From NCBI GenBank assembly GCA_037441475.1, contig JBBISB010000001.1:246418-278417 (forward strand): DNA of 32,000 nt, given 5' to 3'. Made by a program: the position numbers and the translations under genes. This DNA is from Candidatus Iainarchaeum sp. (GTDB lineage Archaea; Iainarchaeota; Iainarchaeia; Iainarchaeales; CSSED10-239). The notes beneath the pieces were generated by a model. It ran no database searches. It saw nothing but the letters and a program-made list of their open reading frames with translations, and was not told where the DNA came from. Shown one piece after another: positions 16,887 to 25,860 of the stretch; the stretch's first letter is position 1; each line of letters opens with the position of its first letter.

Positions 16887-18230
16887 TTAAAAAACTAAAT
16901 CATAAGAAGAAGGAACTTCTTTTGGTGAAATTTCTCCAGCTATGTTTCTTTTAAGATACTCAATAATATCTTTCTTTTGTTTAAATCTTTTTAAAGCAAC
17001 ACCTAACTTTATTTGCATAACTTCAGGTAAAGCATCATGCCCGTCTAAATATTCAACCCCTGCATTTGAGAGATATCTTAAATTAGCATAAACCTTTCCA
17101 TTAACTCTTCCAAACAAACATTGAGAGGTCATGATAACAATTATTCCTTTTTCAATTGCTTTTTTTAAAAATGGAATAAACTGATATTCTTCAGGAAGTC
17201 TTTCTTTGTTTTCCTCACCAGTAGGAACATGCCCTAAACCAGTTCCCTCTAAGATTATTCCTTTATAGCTTTTCTGTATATACCATTCAACTATTAAAGG
17301 ATCTATGTTTGGATGCACCTTTATTAAAGCAACCTTCTCTTCATACTCTTTATAAAGAACAGGTTTTTCATTTAAGAGTGTTTGTGGTTTTTTAAAAAGA
17401 TATTCAACATCTCCTTTAGAAAAAACTTTGCATAAGAAATTATCATTAACAGCTTTAAAGGCATCTCTTCTAGAGGTGTGCATTTTTCTTGACTTAACAG
17501 CTTTAATCACTGTACAAAAATCATCATTTATTGAACCGTGCATAACAGTAAAGACACCAGGAACTTTTTCTTTAATAAAGCTTGCTGCACATATAAGGTT
17601 TAAAGAACCATCAAAGCTTGCTCTATCAGGAGATTTCTGTGCCCCAACTAAAAGAACTGGTTTGTTTATATTTTCAATCATGAAGGAAAGAGCAGAACCT
17701 GTAAAGCTTAAGGTGTCTGTTCCATGTGTTATTATTATACCATCAACTTCTTTATCATTAAGGTGTGTGAAAACAATTTCAGCTAATTTTTGCCAATCTT
17801 TGTAATAGATGTCTTCAGATGCCTTTATGTAAGGAGACTCTATTTTTGTGATGTTAACTATATTTTCAAGCTCAGGAGTGGTTGAGATTATCTCCTCAGG
17901 GGTTCTACACATTGTAACACCACCAGTAACATAATCAACATGTGTACCTATTGTTCCACCTGTGCCTATATACACAATATTTGGAAGAGCTTTATTTGCT
18001 TTTAGAGGTTTTGAGGGTATTTTTCCTAAACTTACCTTTTCTTCACATATTATTAATTCTTTTATTTCTTTTTTAAAAACACTTATATTATAACCATTAT
18101 CTAAAAGTTTTAATTTTAAAGAATCAGGAGATATTTCAACAAGGTATCCTTTATAGAGAATACTTTTGTTTCCATCTACTCTTGTAATTTCAAGAACCTT
18201 ACCAATATCATTTATTGTTACATCATTCAT
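16887..18230 (-). CDS. gatD: Glutamyl-tRNA(Gln) amidotransferase subunit D (asparaginase-like)
   Basis: 'IGTGGTIGTHVDYVTGGV', 'ITHGTDTLSFTGSALSFM', 'VGAQKSPDRASFDGSLNL'. GTGAT lies upstream of the ATG. Confidence 0.95.
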   Translation of the reverse strand: MNDVTINDIGKVLEITRVDGNKSILYKGYLVEISPDSLKLKLLDNGYNISVFKKEIKELIICEEKVSLGKIPSKPLKANKALPNIVYIGTGGTIGTHVDYVTGGVTMCRTPEEIISTTPELENIVNITKIESPYIKASEDIYYKDWQKLAEIVFTHLNDKEVDGIIITHGTDTLSFTGSALSFMIENINKPVLLVGAQKSPDRASFDGSLNLICAASFIKEKVPGVFTVMHGSINDDFCTVIKAVKSRKMHTSRRDAFKAVNDNFLCKVFSKGDVEYLFKKPQTLLNEKPVLYKEYEEKVALIKVHPNIDPLIVEWYIQKSYKGIILEGTGLGHVPTGEENKERLPEEYQFIPFLKKAIEKGIIVIMTSQCLFGRVNGKVYANLRYLSNAGVEYLDGHDALPEVMQIKLGVALKRFKQKKDIIEYLKRNIAGEISPKEVPSSYDLVF

Positions 18231-18298
18231 TAATAATCACATATATATTATACAAACAAAAGAAATATAAGCCTTGTTTTAATATTAAAAAGGTATTT

Positions 18299-18844
18299 TT
18301 ATTTATGAAGCTTAACTTCTTTTTTACCTAAAATAAAATTATGCCCTGTAAACATTAATGAGAAGATTAGAAGGGAAGCAATTAATTTTGCTATAAGGTA
18401 GTTTATTTTAAAAATTTCAACGAAGAGAGCTATTAAACCTATGTTTAATAATAGACCAAAAACAGATATTACAAAATAATTTATAAAAGAACTAAGAAAA
18501 TCTAAACTGTTTAAAGGTTTATACTTGAAAGTAAACTTCATATTAAGTAAAAAATTATTTCCAAGAGCTATTATGTATGAAAACATAGCTGATAAAAGAT
18601 AAAAAAGATTAAAAAATTCTGTAAAGATTATTAAAAATAAAAAATCAATGATTTCTCCAGAAAGACTTATAATAGAATATTTTATAGTTTTTTTATTTTT
18701 ATAAAAAAGCTTAAAGTCCATTAACCAATAGTATATCTTGTAAAATATATTACTCTTCTTATAAACCAATAGACTGTTAATAAAGCTAGGTTTATTATAT
18801 TTAAAATCAGATATTTTTGTTTGCTTCATAAAAGAACAAGTCAA
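18299..18844 (-). CDS. GtrA-like membrane protein
   Basis: Four TM helices with 'FSYIIALGNNFLLNMKFTFK', which resembles the GtrA family (N....r.w.F). An alternative start at 18721 would give a typical 140-aa GtrA. Confidence 0.7.
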   Translation of the reverse strand: MTCSFMKQTKISDFKYNKPSFINSLLVYKKSNIFYKIYYWLMDFKLFYKNKKTIKYSIISLSGEIIDFLFLIIFTEFFNLFYLLSAMFSYIIALGNNFLLNMKFTFKYKPLNSLDFLSSFINYFVISVFGLLLNIGLIALFVEIFKINYLIAKLIASLLIFSLMFTGHNFILGKKEVKLHK

Positions 18845-18932
18845 TTAAATTATATTGATTATTAGATTATTTTTCCTCTTATATATTATATAATCTATGT
18901 GTTTAAATAATTTACTATATACTATACATATT

Positions 18933-20318
18933 ATGCATAAAACAATAATTCCTATCCTACATGATATTAAAAAATATCTTGAAATTAAAAAGCTAGACTA
19001 CTTTGAAATCAGGTATGAAAACCATGATAGAAGAGTTATAAATGTTGAAAACTTAGATACTAAGGACCTATTAGAGAATAATAACCAAGGGATTGGTATA
19101 AGGGTACTTGTAGATAAGAAAGTTGGTTTTTTATCTTTAAATAACTTTGAAGAGTATAGGTCAAAGATTGATAGATTAATTGAAAATACTAAAAAAACTA
19201 ATAAAAAAACAGAAATGAATAATTTTTCAAAAATAAAAGATAAAGATATTGTAAAACATAAGGACTTTAACGAAGTGGATAACTCAACAAAGATTAAAGA
19301 GCTTATTAAAGTTAACAAAGAACTTCTTAGTAAAGAAGATAACATAAAGATACTTAACTCAGATATTATTAAGCAAGAAATAACTACTGAAAAATACTTT
19401 TTAACAAAAGAAGCTGAGATATACCAAAAAAGACCATACTCTATTATATTCTCACTAATGACTGCTAAAAAAGATAACAAGATAGAATCAAATTTAACAA
19501 GGATAGGAAACCTTGGTGGTCTTGAAAAATATTCTGTGCAGGATATTGAAAAACTACTTTTATCAAATAAAAATAAATTAAAAGAACTTTTTGAATCAAA
19601 GGCATGCCCTGCTATTAAGTCTGATATAATCCTACATCCAAATGTTGCTGATCTTTTAGCACATGAAGCTATTGGACATGCTTGTGAAGCTGACTTTCTA
19701 TTAGATAATACAACAGTTCTTAAAAAAGGATTAAAGATATCTATAAACAAGGAAGTAAATGTTACTGACAACCCAGAGATAAGAGAGTTTGGATACTTTA
19801 AGTATGATGATGAAGGAATAAAGGCAAGAAAAACAGAGCTTATAAAAAAAGGGGTTGTAAATGACTTTATGACAAACATAGAGTCTGCAACAAAACTTAA
19901 AACTAAATCAAATGGATCTGCAAGAGCTGAAAATTATAACCAGTTTCCAGTAGTAAGAATGAGTAACACTTATTTTGAAGAAGGAAAACATAAGATAGAA
20001 GATATGCTTAAAAACTTCAATGGATATCTTTTAAGTGGTTTTTCAGGCGGACAGGTTGAAACAAATGTAGGTACTTTTATGTTTGGTATAAAGCAAGCTT
20101 ACAAGTATAAGAATGGAGAGATTGCTGAAAAATATAAACAAGCTTCAATTTCAGGAAACATCTTAACATACTTAAATAACATTACAGAGATCTCAAATAA
20201 AAAAGATAAGTTTGAGATTGGTTTTTGTGGAAAGAGTGGACAAACTGCCTTTGTAGGTGGAGCAGGCCCATACATTAAAGTAAAAGATGCAATTATTGGT
20301 GGAACTAAACATGAATAA
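18933..20318 (+). CDS. tldD: TldD-family metalloprotease
   Basis: 'HEAIGHACEAD' matches the TldD HExxGHxxExD motif, with 'GFCGKSGQ' near the C-terminus. The start is set at the second ATG (18933), because the TATA-like run ends at 18896. Confidence 0.85.
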   Translation: MHKTIIPILHDIKKYLEIKKLDYFEIRYENHDRRVINVENLDTKDLLENNNQGIGIRVLVDKKVGFLSLNNFEEYRSKIDRLIENTKKTNKKTEMNNFSKIKDKDIVKHKDFNEVDNSTKIKELIKVNKELLSKEDNIKILNSDIIKQEITTEKYFLTKEAEIYQKRPYSIIFSLMTAKKDNKIESNLTRIGNLGGLEKYSVQDIEKLLLSNKNKLKELFESKACPAIKSDIILHPNVADLLAHEAIGHACEADFLLDNTTVLKKGLKISINKEVNVTDNPEIREFGYFKYDDEGIKARKTELIKKGVVNDFMTNIESATKLKTKSNGSARAENYNQFPVVRMSNTYFEEGKHKIEDMLKNFNGYLLSGFSGGQVETNVGTFMFGIKQAYKYKNGEIAEKYKQASISGNILTYLNNITEISNKKDKFEIGFCGKSGQTAFVGGAGPYIKVKDAIIGGTKHE

Positions 20319-21600
20319 AGAAGAAATTTATAAGTTTTGTAAAAAGATTACAGAAAAAGAAAAAATTGATTTTAAGTATATTCAATCAGAGAGTGAAGAA
20401 ATAAACTTAAATAGATTTTCAATAGAGAACTACTATCAGAATATTAGTGAAAGATTATTTATTAGGGTAATTGATAAAAACAGCATAGGGACATACAGTA
20501 TACAGGATATTAGAAAAGAAAAGATACTTGAAGGTATTAAAAAAGCAAAAGAGATTGCTAAGTTAAAAAAATCAACTATCAAGTACACTGATTTTGGAGA
20601 TTTTAAAAGTAAACAAAAAATTAAGTTTGATACTAAGATATCAGAGGTTAAATTTTCAGATATTTTAAGCAAGGTTAAAGAAAATCTTACAAAAGATAAA
20701 ACAGTGGTAGGATATATTGGTGGAGTATCAAAAGTTAACCTTAAGTCATTTTATATAAATAACAATACAGAGAAGGAAGAAGAAAAAAGCTATATCTTCC
20801 AAGAAACAGGAGTCTTGACAAAAAATATAAAAAAATCCTCAGGAGACTTTTCAAGCACCTACACAAGAGTTGAGGATATTGATATTAATAGTAATTTTTT
20901 GCAAGCTAAGATAAATGCACAAAACCTCTTAGATCCAGAGAAAGGAAGTAAAGGAGAATATACTTTAATCCTAACACCTGGGGTTACAAAAGAGCTTATA
21001 TCGTTTATACTTAGTGGAACAACAGGAGATATTATTGAAAAGAAAAAATCTTTCTTACATGAACATATGGGAAAACAAGTTTTTTCTAAAAACCTAAATA
21101 TTGTTGAAGACCCACACATTGATTATTTTTTAAAATCACAAACAATTGATGATGAAGGAATAAAGACTACTCAAAAAGAAATTATCAAAGAAGGGGTTTT
21201 TACAAAACCAATTTATGATTTATACAGTTCCATAAAATACAATAAAAAAGCAACTGGGAATGGTTTTTTATCAAATAACTACTCCTCAAGCTACACTAAT
21301 ATTATACAAGAAGCAGGCAGTAAAAAAATAGAAGATGTTATTGATAAGACTAAAAAAGGGGTCTTAGTTTACCAAATATTAGGGTTTCATACAAACAAAA
21401 TGTCAGATGGTAACTTTGCATTGACAATTTCTGCAGGAAAAGAGATAATTAATGGTAAATATGTAAAGACAATAACAAACCTTAACTTTTCTGGAAATTT
21501 AAAAGATATTCTAAAAGAAGTTTATTTTTCAAAAGAACAACAATTTTTTGGATCTTCACTTTACAGCTTTACAGTACTTCCAAACATTAAATTAATATAG
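20311..21600 (+). CDS. pmbA: PmbA/TldE-family protein (TldD partner)
   Basis: About 430 aa, translationally coupled to tldD by an ATGAATAA overlap. TldD/PmbA-type C-terminal region, no HExxxH, as expected for PmbA. Confidence 0.75.
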   Translation: MNKEEIYKFCKKITEKEKIDFKYIQSESEEINLNRFSIENYYQNISERLFIRVIDKNSIGTYSIQDIRKEKILEGIKKAKEIAKLKKSTIKYTDFGDFKSKQKIKFDTKISEVKFSDILSKVKENLTKDKTVVGYIGGVSKVNLKSFYINNNTEKEEEKSYIFQETGVLTKNIKKSSGDFSSTYTRVEDIDINSNFLQAKINAQNLLDPEKGSKGEYTLILTPGVTKELISFILSGTTGDIIEKKKSFLHEHMGKQVFSKNLNIVEDPHIDYFLKSQTIDDEGIKTTQKEIIKEGVFTKPIYDLYSSIKYNKKATGNGFLSNNYSSSYTNIIQEAGSKKIEDVIDKTKKGVLVYQILGFHTNKMSDGNFALTISAGKEIINGKYVKTITNLNFSGNLKDILKEVYFSKEQQFFGSSLYSFTVLPNIKLI

Positions 21601-21602
21601 AT

Positions 21603-21977
21603 TTATTTTGAAAATAAATCATAGAAACCATTAATCTTGTTTACAATCCTGTCTGTAAGGCTTGTGCTTTTATCTTTTCCAAAAACTATTTTTTTATCTT
21701 TAAATTTTTGTATAACATCCTCTACAACTTCATAAGGATAACCATAATATACAAGTGTTGAAAAAACATCATTTTGAGAAGATGTTTCTACATGTGGAAG
21801 AAAAAGATGGTAAAGGTTACTGATTAATTTTTCATACTCAAGATTCTTTTTTTCTAAAAGAGATTTAATTAATTCAGGATCTGCTTTTTTAATATTTTCA
21901 AGACCCTTAAACTTAGATTGGATAACAGATTCTTTTTTTAATTTTTTGACTTCTTTTGAAATATTTACAGAAGACAT
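21603..21977 (-). CDS. C-terminal fragment of the decayed paralogue of 8001-9371
   Basis: 'LYHLFLPHVE..LVYYGYPYEVVEDVIQKFKDKKI..IVNKINGFYDLFSK' aligns with the C-terminus of the 456-aa protein. The frame stays open upstream to the TAG at 22062-22064. Confidence 0.6.
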   Translation of the reverse strand: MSSVNISKEVKKLKKESVIQSKFKGLENIKKADPELIKSLLEKKNLEYEKLISNLYHLFLPHVETSSQNDVFSTLVYYGYPYEVVEDVIQKFKDKKIVFGKDKSTSLTDRIVNKINGFYDLFSK

Positions 21978-22061
21978 GTTTTCAAGTTTTTTTTGTCTTT
22001 CAGAAATTTCACTAACCTCTTGTTGTAGTTTTGTAACTTCCTTATAGATTTGATTAATCTG

Positions 22062-22361
22062 CTAGAAACTATCTTGTATCTTTGAAAGAGTTAACTTTAT
22101 GGCAGAATCTGATTTTCCTGCAAATAAAACATTTCCGGTGTTTTTTTCATCCTTAAGTTTATTTTCATAATCGATTTCTTTTTTAGAAGATTCAATAAAG
22201 CTTAAGATTGTTTTTTCATCAAGATCATATTTACTAAAGAAACCAACGATTGCATCTTTTGAAACATTTTGGTTTAATAAAAACTTAGTTGTTTTTCTTA
22301 CATCCCCTAAAAATTCTTTTTGCTTAGAAGTGTAATCATTTATTTTTTTCTTTTTTTTCAA
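22062..22361 (-). CDS. Middle fragment of the decayed paralogue
   Basis: It begins within A/T runs one frame off from the 227-aa ORF. Its terminating TAG is in frame with the downstream 124-aa ORF (87 nt apart). Confidence 0.5.
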   Translation of the reverse strand: MKKKKKINDYTSKQKEFLGDVRKTTKFLLNQNVSKDAIVGFFSKYDLDEKTILSFIESSKKEIDYENKLKDEKNTGNVLFAGKSDSAIKLTLSKIQDSF

Positions 22362-23019
22362 AGAATTCCTTTTGGGATGCTAAAAGTTTATCTTTATTAA
22401 TATTAATAAGGTTTAAATAAAAGGCATCAGGCATTCTTGTTACTAAGTAACCTTCTAAAACAAATAATAAGAAAATTATTATTGCAGAAATTAAGAATAT
22501 TAGACGTGAGATATGATCAAACATAGGTAGATTAGTTATAATTAAATAAAGGACAATAGAAATAACTAAACCCATTAACACAGAAAGAGTTTTTAATCTT
22601 TTAAGTTGTTTAATATTTAAAATAATCCTATTTACATACTCTCTTGAAATTCCTATGTTCGTTATAAAATAATTAATTGAAGCTTCTGAGTAGTTACTTT
22701 TACTTAAAACTGAAATTGCCTCTTTTAGCTGTCTTACAAGATCATCAATATTTTCTTCTTTATTTTTAAAATTAACTTCATCTAAAACATCTTTAATGTT
22801 TGAACTTCTTAATTTAGAGTACCAAAAGATTGGAAACTTAGAAAGTAAAATTCCTATTAAAAAAAATAAGATTAAAATTATTAAAACAATTAAAAATGGT
22901 AAAAATTGAACCTCTTTAATATATGCAAAAGATGGCAGGGTTATAATTAAATAATAGGCGATAGCTGAAAAGATAATTCCAAATATCCAAAAAAATAATT
23001 TAACTATGTTTTTGTTCAT
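22336..23019 (-). CDS. N-terminal 4-TM fragment of the decayed paralogue
   Basis: 'LFFWIFGIIFSAIAYYL', '..MPDAFYLNLININKDKLLASQKEFFEKKEK' parallels 'FFFWILSVLLTSLIF', 'LPTNFYLNLVNINKKQLTENKKSIKKEE' of 8001-9371. Confidence 0.6.
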   Translation of the reverse strand: MNKNIVKLFFWIFGIIFSAIAYYLIITLPSFAYIKEVQFLPFLIVLIILILFFLIGILLSKFPIFWYSKLRSSNIKDVLDEVNFKNKEENIDDLVRQLKEAISVLSKSNYSEASINYFITNIGISREYVNRIILNIKQLKRLKTLSVLMGLVISIVLYLIITNLPMFDHISRLIFLISAIIIFLLFVLEGYLVTRMPDAFYLNLININKDKLLASQKEFFEKKEKNK

Positions 23020-23104
23020 TATAAGTCTTTTCCAACGGTATAATTTTATTTATATGTATAATATAGATGCATTTATAAATATTATCTTTAAGAAAATATT
23101 AAAT

Positions 23105-23740
23105 ATGGATATAAATAACATTTACTCGATTCTCAAAAAAAGTCTTAAAGGCTACTCAATACCACTTGTAGAAGAGATTAATGTAAAGTCTAAAAAACCT
23201 TTTTTTGTGCTTATAGCTACACTTTTGTCAGCAAGAACTAAAGATACTGTAACTAAAGAAGTATGTGAAAGGTTGTTTATAAAGGTAAGAAATATTGGTG
23301 ATTTGATTTCAATTAATCAAAAAGATTTAGAAAAATTAATCTATCCTGTTGGTTTTTATAAAACTAAAGCCAAGCATCTTAAACAACTAGCATTAATTCT
23401 TAAGGATAAATATAAAGAAAAAGTACCAGACACCATTGAAGATTTAATTACCCTTCCTGGGGTTGAAAGAAAAACTGCAAATCTTGTTTTAGCAGTTTCT
23501 TTTAATATTCCAGCAATCTGTGTTGATACTCATGTACATAGGATAATGAACAGGATAGGATATTTAGAGAGTAAAACACCTTTTGAAACTGAAAAAATTT
23601 TAAGAAAGAAACTTCCTGAAAAACTATGGATGGATACTAATTATTTATTTGTTATTTTAGGACAATATATCTGTAAGCCTATTGGGCCAGAATGTTATAG
23701 ATGCCCTATAGAAAAAAAATGTTCTAAAAAAATTAAATAA
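23105..23740 (+). CDS. nth: Endonuclease III (DNA glycosylase/AP lyase)
   Basis: 'LIATLLSARTKD', HhH-GPD 'LPGVERKTANLVL', 'VDTHVHRIMNRIG', and a C-terminal 4Fe-4S ligand pattern C-x6-C-x2-C-x5-C. The start is set at the internal ATG at 23105. Confidence 0.9.
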   Translation: MDINNIYSILKKSLKGYSIPLVEEINVKSKKPFFVLIATLLSARTKDTVTKEVCERLFIKVRNIGDLISINQKDLEKLIYPVGFYKTKAKHLKQLALILKDKYKEKVPDTIEDLITLPGVERKTANLVLAVSFNIPAICVDTHVHRIMNRIGYLESKTPFETEKILRKKLPEKLWMDTNYLFVILGQYICKPIGPECYRCPIEKKCSKKIK

Positions 23741-23823
23741 TTATTTCTTACATAAAAAAATAATTCATGCACTACAAATACATGTGTTTATTGTAAAAGC
23801 CAAAAGTAATCACTTGAAAAATA

Positions 23824-24528
23824 TTAGTTACACCCAATCTCTTCTAAAAACTCAGGAGTATTATCTATTGTGTAATAAACCTTTCCGTTAATGTATGCAG
23901 CTGGCGCATCTGTTATATTATAATCAATAATTAATTGATTGACTATTGGTATGTAATCAACTTTTGGAAGAGCAATTGATGTAAAGTTACATTGTTTTGC
24001 AAGTCTATTAAGCTTCTCTGCAAAAAATAGAGTTTTTGCATCAGACCCTGCTTTTTCCACACTAAACTCTCTAAACTCAGGATAGAAGTAAAGGATACCT
24101 TTATTATCAATAGCCCCACACTCCTTCTCAATAGAGTTATAATGGAACCATAGTTTAATGTTTGTTAAGATGAAAAGTAATTTTGTATTATCATCAGACT
24201 CAACAATTGCATTTCTATTAATCTTTTTTAATCTTAAGTAAAGTTCATTATTAACTTTTAAATAAGACTCTAATTGATTCTTAAGAATAACACACTTATC
24301 TTTGTTTCCATCCTCTAAATAAGACTTATAAATATCATTTAGAATTATTTGTTGTTGTAAAATATTATAATCGTCTTCAATAATTTTTCTTTTATAACTA
24401 TCATAGAAAGTAATTGCAGAAAAAACAACTAAAAATAATATTATTAGGACCAGGAATACAAAGACTAAAATATTATTATTAAATCTATTTTCTTTATTTA
24501 TAAATTTTTGATCTTTTTTTACACTCAT
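23824..24528 (-). CDS. Membrane-anchored hypothetical protein (possible thioredoxin-like C-terminal fold, no CxxC)
   Basis: One N-terminal TM helix. The C-terminal 'ITDAPAAYINGKVYYT' vaguely resembles the 'GTPT..ING' strand of DsbA/thioredoxin-fold proteins. It lies directly downstream of the GT2 gene. Confidence 0.5.
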   Translation of the reverse strand: MSVKKDQKFINKENRFNNNILVFVFLVLIILFLVVFSAITFYDSYKRKIIEDDYNILQQQIILNDIYKSYLEDGNKDKCVILKNQLESYLKVNNELYLRLKKINRNAIVESDDNTKLLFILTNIKLWFHYNSIEKECGAIDNKGILYFYPEFREFSVEKAGSDAKTLFFAEKLNRLAKQCNFTSIALPKVDYIPIVNQLIIDYNITDAPAAYINGKVYYTIDNTPEFLEEIGCN

Positions 24529-24547
24529 AATAAGTCACAATCATTAA

Positions 24548-25852
24548 TTACCATTTTTTTTCAAAGTCTAAAAACTCTTTGATAATAGATATTAAGTATA
24601 CAGAAACTAATAAATACATATAGATTAAGATAAAAAATATAAAAGACAAGATATATTTATAATTAAGATTAAATCTTGTTATCCTAAAAGCAAATAAAGC
24701 ATATATTAAAAAGATGATCATTGAAAAGATAACTACATATATTGTAGAAGGAAGTACAAAACCACTAAAGTTAGGTACTATCATAATTCCACTAGAGATA
24801 AACTCAGAAGATAAAAAATAAAGGTATATTAATTGTCTTTTAAGATATATGAATATATAACTAAAAACAAAAGCAACACCTATTGTTTGAACAAAGAAAG
24901 TGAAAGGCAAAACAAATAACCCAAAAATACTATACTTAAAATTAAATAAAACATCTCTATGTTCAAAAATAGTTGCAAGCTCTCCCCTTGACCATCTTTG
25001 TCTTTGTCTAAACCATCCTCTTATGCTATTAGGAATTTCTGTAAAACCATATGCTGTTTCAGCACACCTTATTCTGTAACCAGCTTTAATTATTCTGTAA
25101 CCTAACTCCTTGTCCTCTACAAAATTAGTTATTGAATAACCCCCTAACTGATCAAATACTTTTTTTTTCATTAAAAACATAGCACCAATAGGTATGTTAA
25201 TTGAGTTCATGGCAGAAAGTATTCTTAAGTATATACCCCAATTAAGACTGTACTCAATTACTTGTACTTTCTCCCAAAAATTATTTCTATTTTCTGGAAC
25301 TAAGACACCGTTAACAGCAACCACTTTTTCTTCTTCTAAAAAACCAGTCATCTTCATTAAAACATCTGGGTTAACCATAGTGTCTCCATCTACACAAAAT
25401 ATATTTTCTTCATTAACATACTTAAGTCCTTCGTTCATGATTATAGATTTAGTGTTCATTGATTTTTGGAAGAACTTCTTATCAATAACAATTTGTTTAA
25501 CACCCTTTATATCTTTTAAAAAAGTACAGGTTCCATCTGTTATAACATATACCTTAAAAGGAATAGGGTATTTTATTTTTAATAAAGTTTTAACAGTTCT
25601 TTTAACTGGTAAGAAGTTATTATAAGCGTAGGTTACAACCCCCACAGTTGGTGTTTTTTTAGGGAAAGGTCTTGTCTTTGCAATATCAGGGTAGAAAAGA
25701 TATACAAATATAATTAACATTATTAAATATAGGAAGACAAAAGACATTATTAAGAATATAAAGAAATTTGCATTTATACTTACAAAATAAAATATAATTA
25801 TAAATAAGAAAAGGATAAAGAAAAAAATTCTTTTTTTAGGTTTTTGATTCAT
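24548..25852 (-). CDS. Processive family-2 glycosyltransferase (PgaC/NodC/cellulose-synthase-like)
   Basis: 'VGVVTYAYNN', 'VITDG', 'CVDGDT', 'VEDKELGYRI' and 'QRQRWSRG' (D,D,D,QxxRW signature), with 2 N-terminal and about 4 C-terminal TM helices. Confidence 0.85.
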   Translation of the reverse strand: MNQKPKKRIFFFILFLFIIIFYFVSINANFFIFLIMSFVFLYLIMLIIFVYLFYPDIAKTRPFPKKTPTVGVVTYAYNNFLPVKRTVKTLLKIKYPIPFKVYVITDGTCTFLKDIKGVKQIVIDKKFFQKSMNTKSIIMNEGLKYVNEENIFCVDGDTMVNPDVLMKMTGFLEEEKVVAVNGVLVPENRNNFWEKVQVIEYSLNWGIYLRILSAMNSINIPIGAMFLMKKKVFDQLGGYSITNFVEDKELGYRIIKAGYRIRCAETAYGFTEIPNSIRGWFRQRQRWSRGELATIFEHRDVLFNFKYSIFGLFVLPFTFFVQTIGVAFVFSYIFIYLKRQLIYLYFLSSEFISSGIMIVPNFSGFVLPSTIYVVIFSMIIFLIYALFAFRITRFNLNYKYILSFIFFILIYMYLLVSVYLISIIKEFLDFEKKW

Positions 25853-25860
25853 AATAACTT

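Noticed and set aside
15200-17805. Plus-strand ORFs 15200-15406, 15599-15790 and 17428-17805
   Set aside because: They are antisense to gatE and gatD, both identified by strong motifs.
18998-19879. 293-aa ORF antisense to tldD
   Set aside because: It lies entirely inside, and opposite to, a gene with a clear TldD HExxGHxxExD motif. Its product is S/L/F-rich low complexity, the expected mirror of K/E/N-rich AT-biased coding sequence. I saw no SD-like motif.
7846-22064. Stop-codon reassignment (TAA or TAG read as sense) as an explanation for the in-frame stops
   Set aside because: The same codons terminate conserved genes at their expected ends. For example, TAG closes the thermosome right after its GxMPGM-type tail, and TAA closes ileS. 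A global recoding is therefore not supported.
23943-24131. 62-aa minus-strand ORF nested in 23824-24528; similar nested ORFs at 20436-20672, 20859-21119, 29243-29428, 29751-29954, 30246-30458, 31400-31597, 11953-12141
   Set aside because: All are contained within longer, better-supported genes, in an alternative frame or antisense.
25194-25625. 143-aa plus-strand ORF
   Set aside because: It is antisense to the GT2 catalytic domain (D,D,D,QxxRW region).
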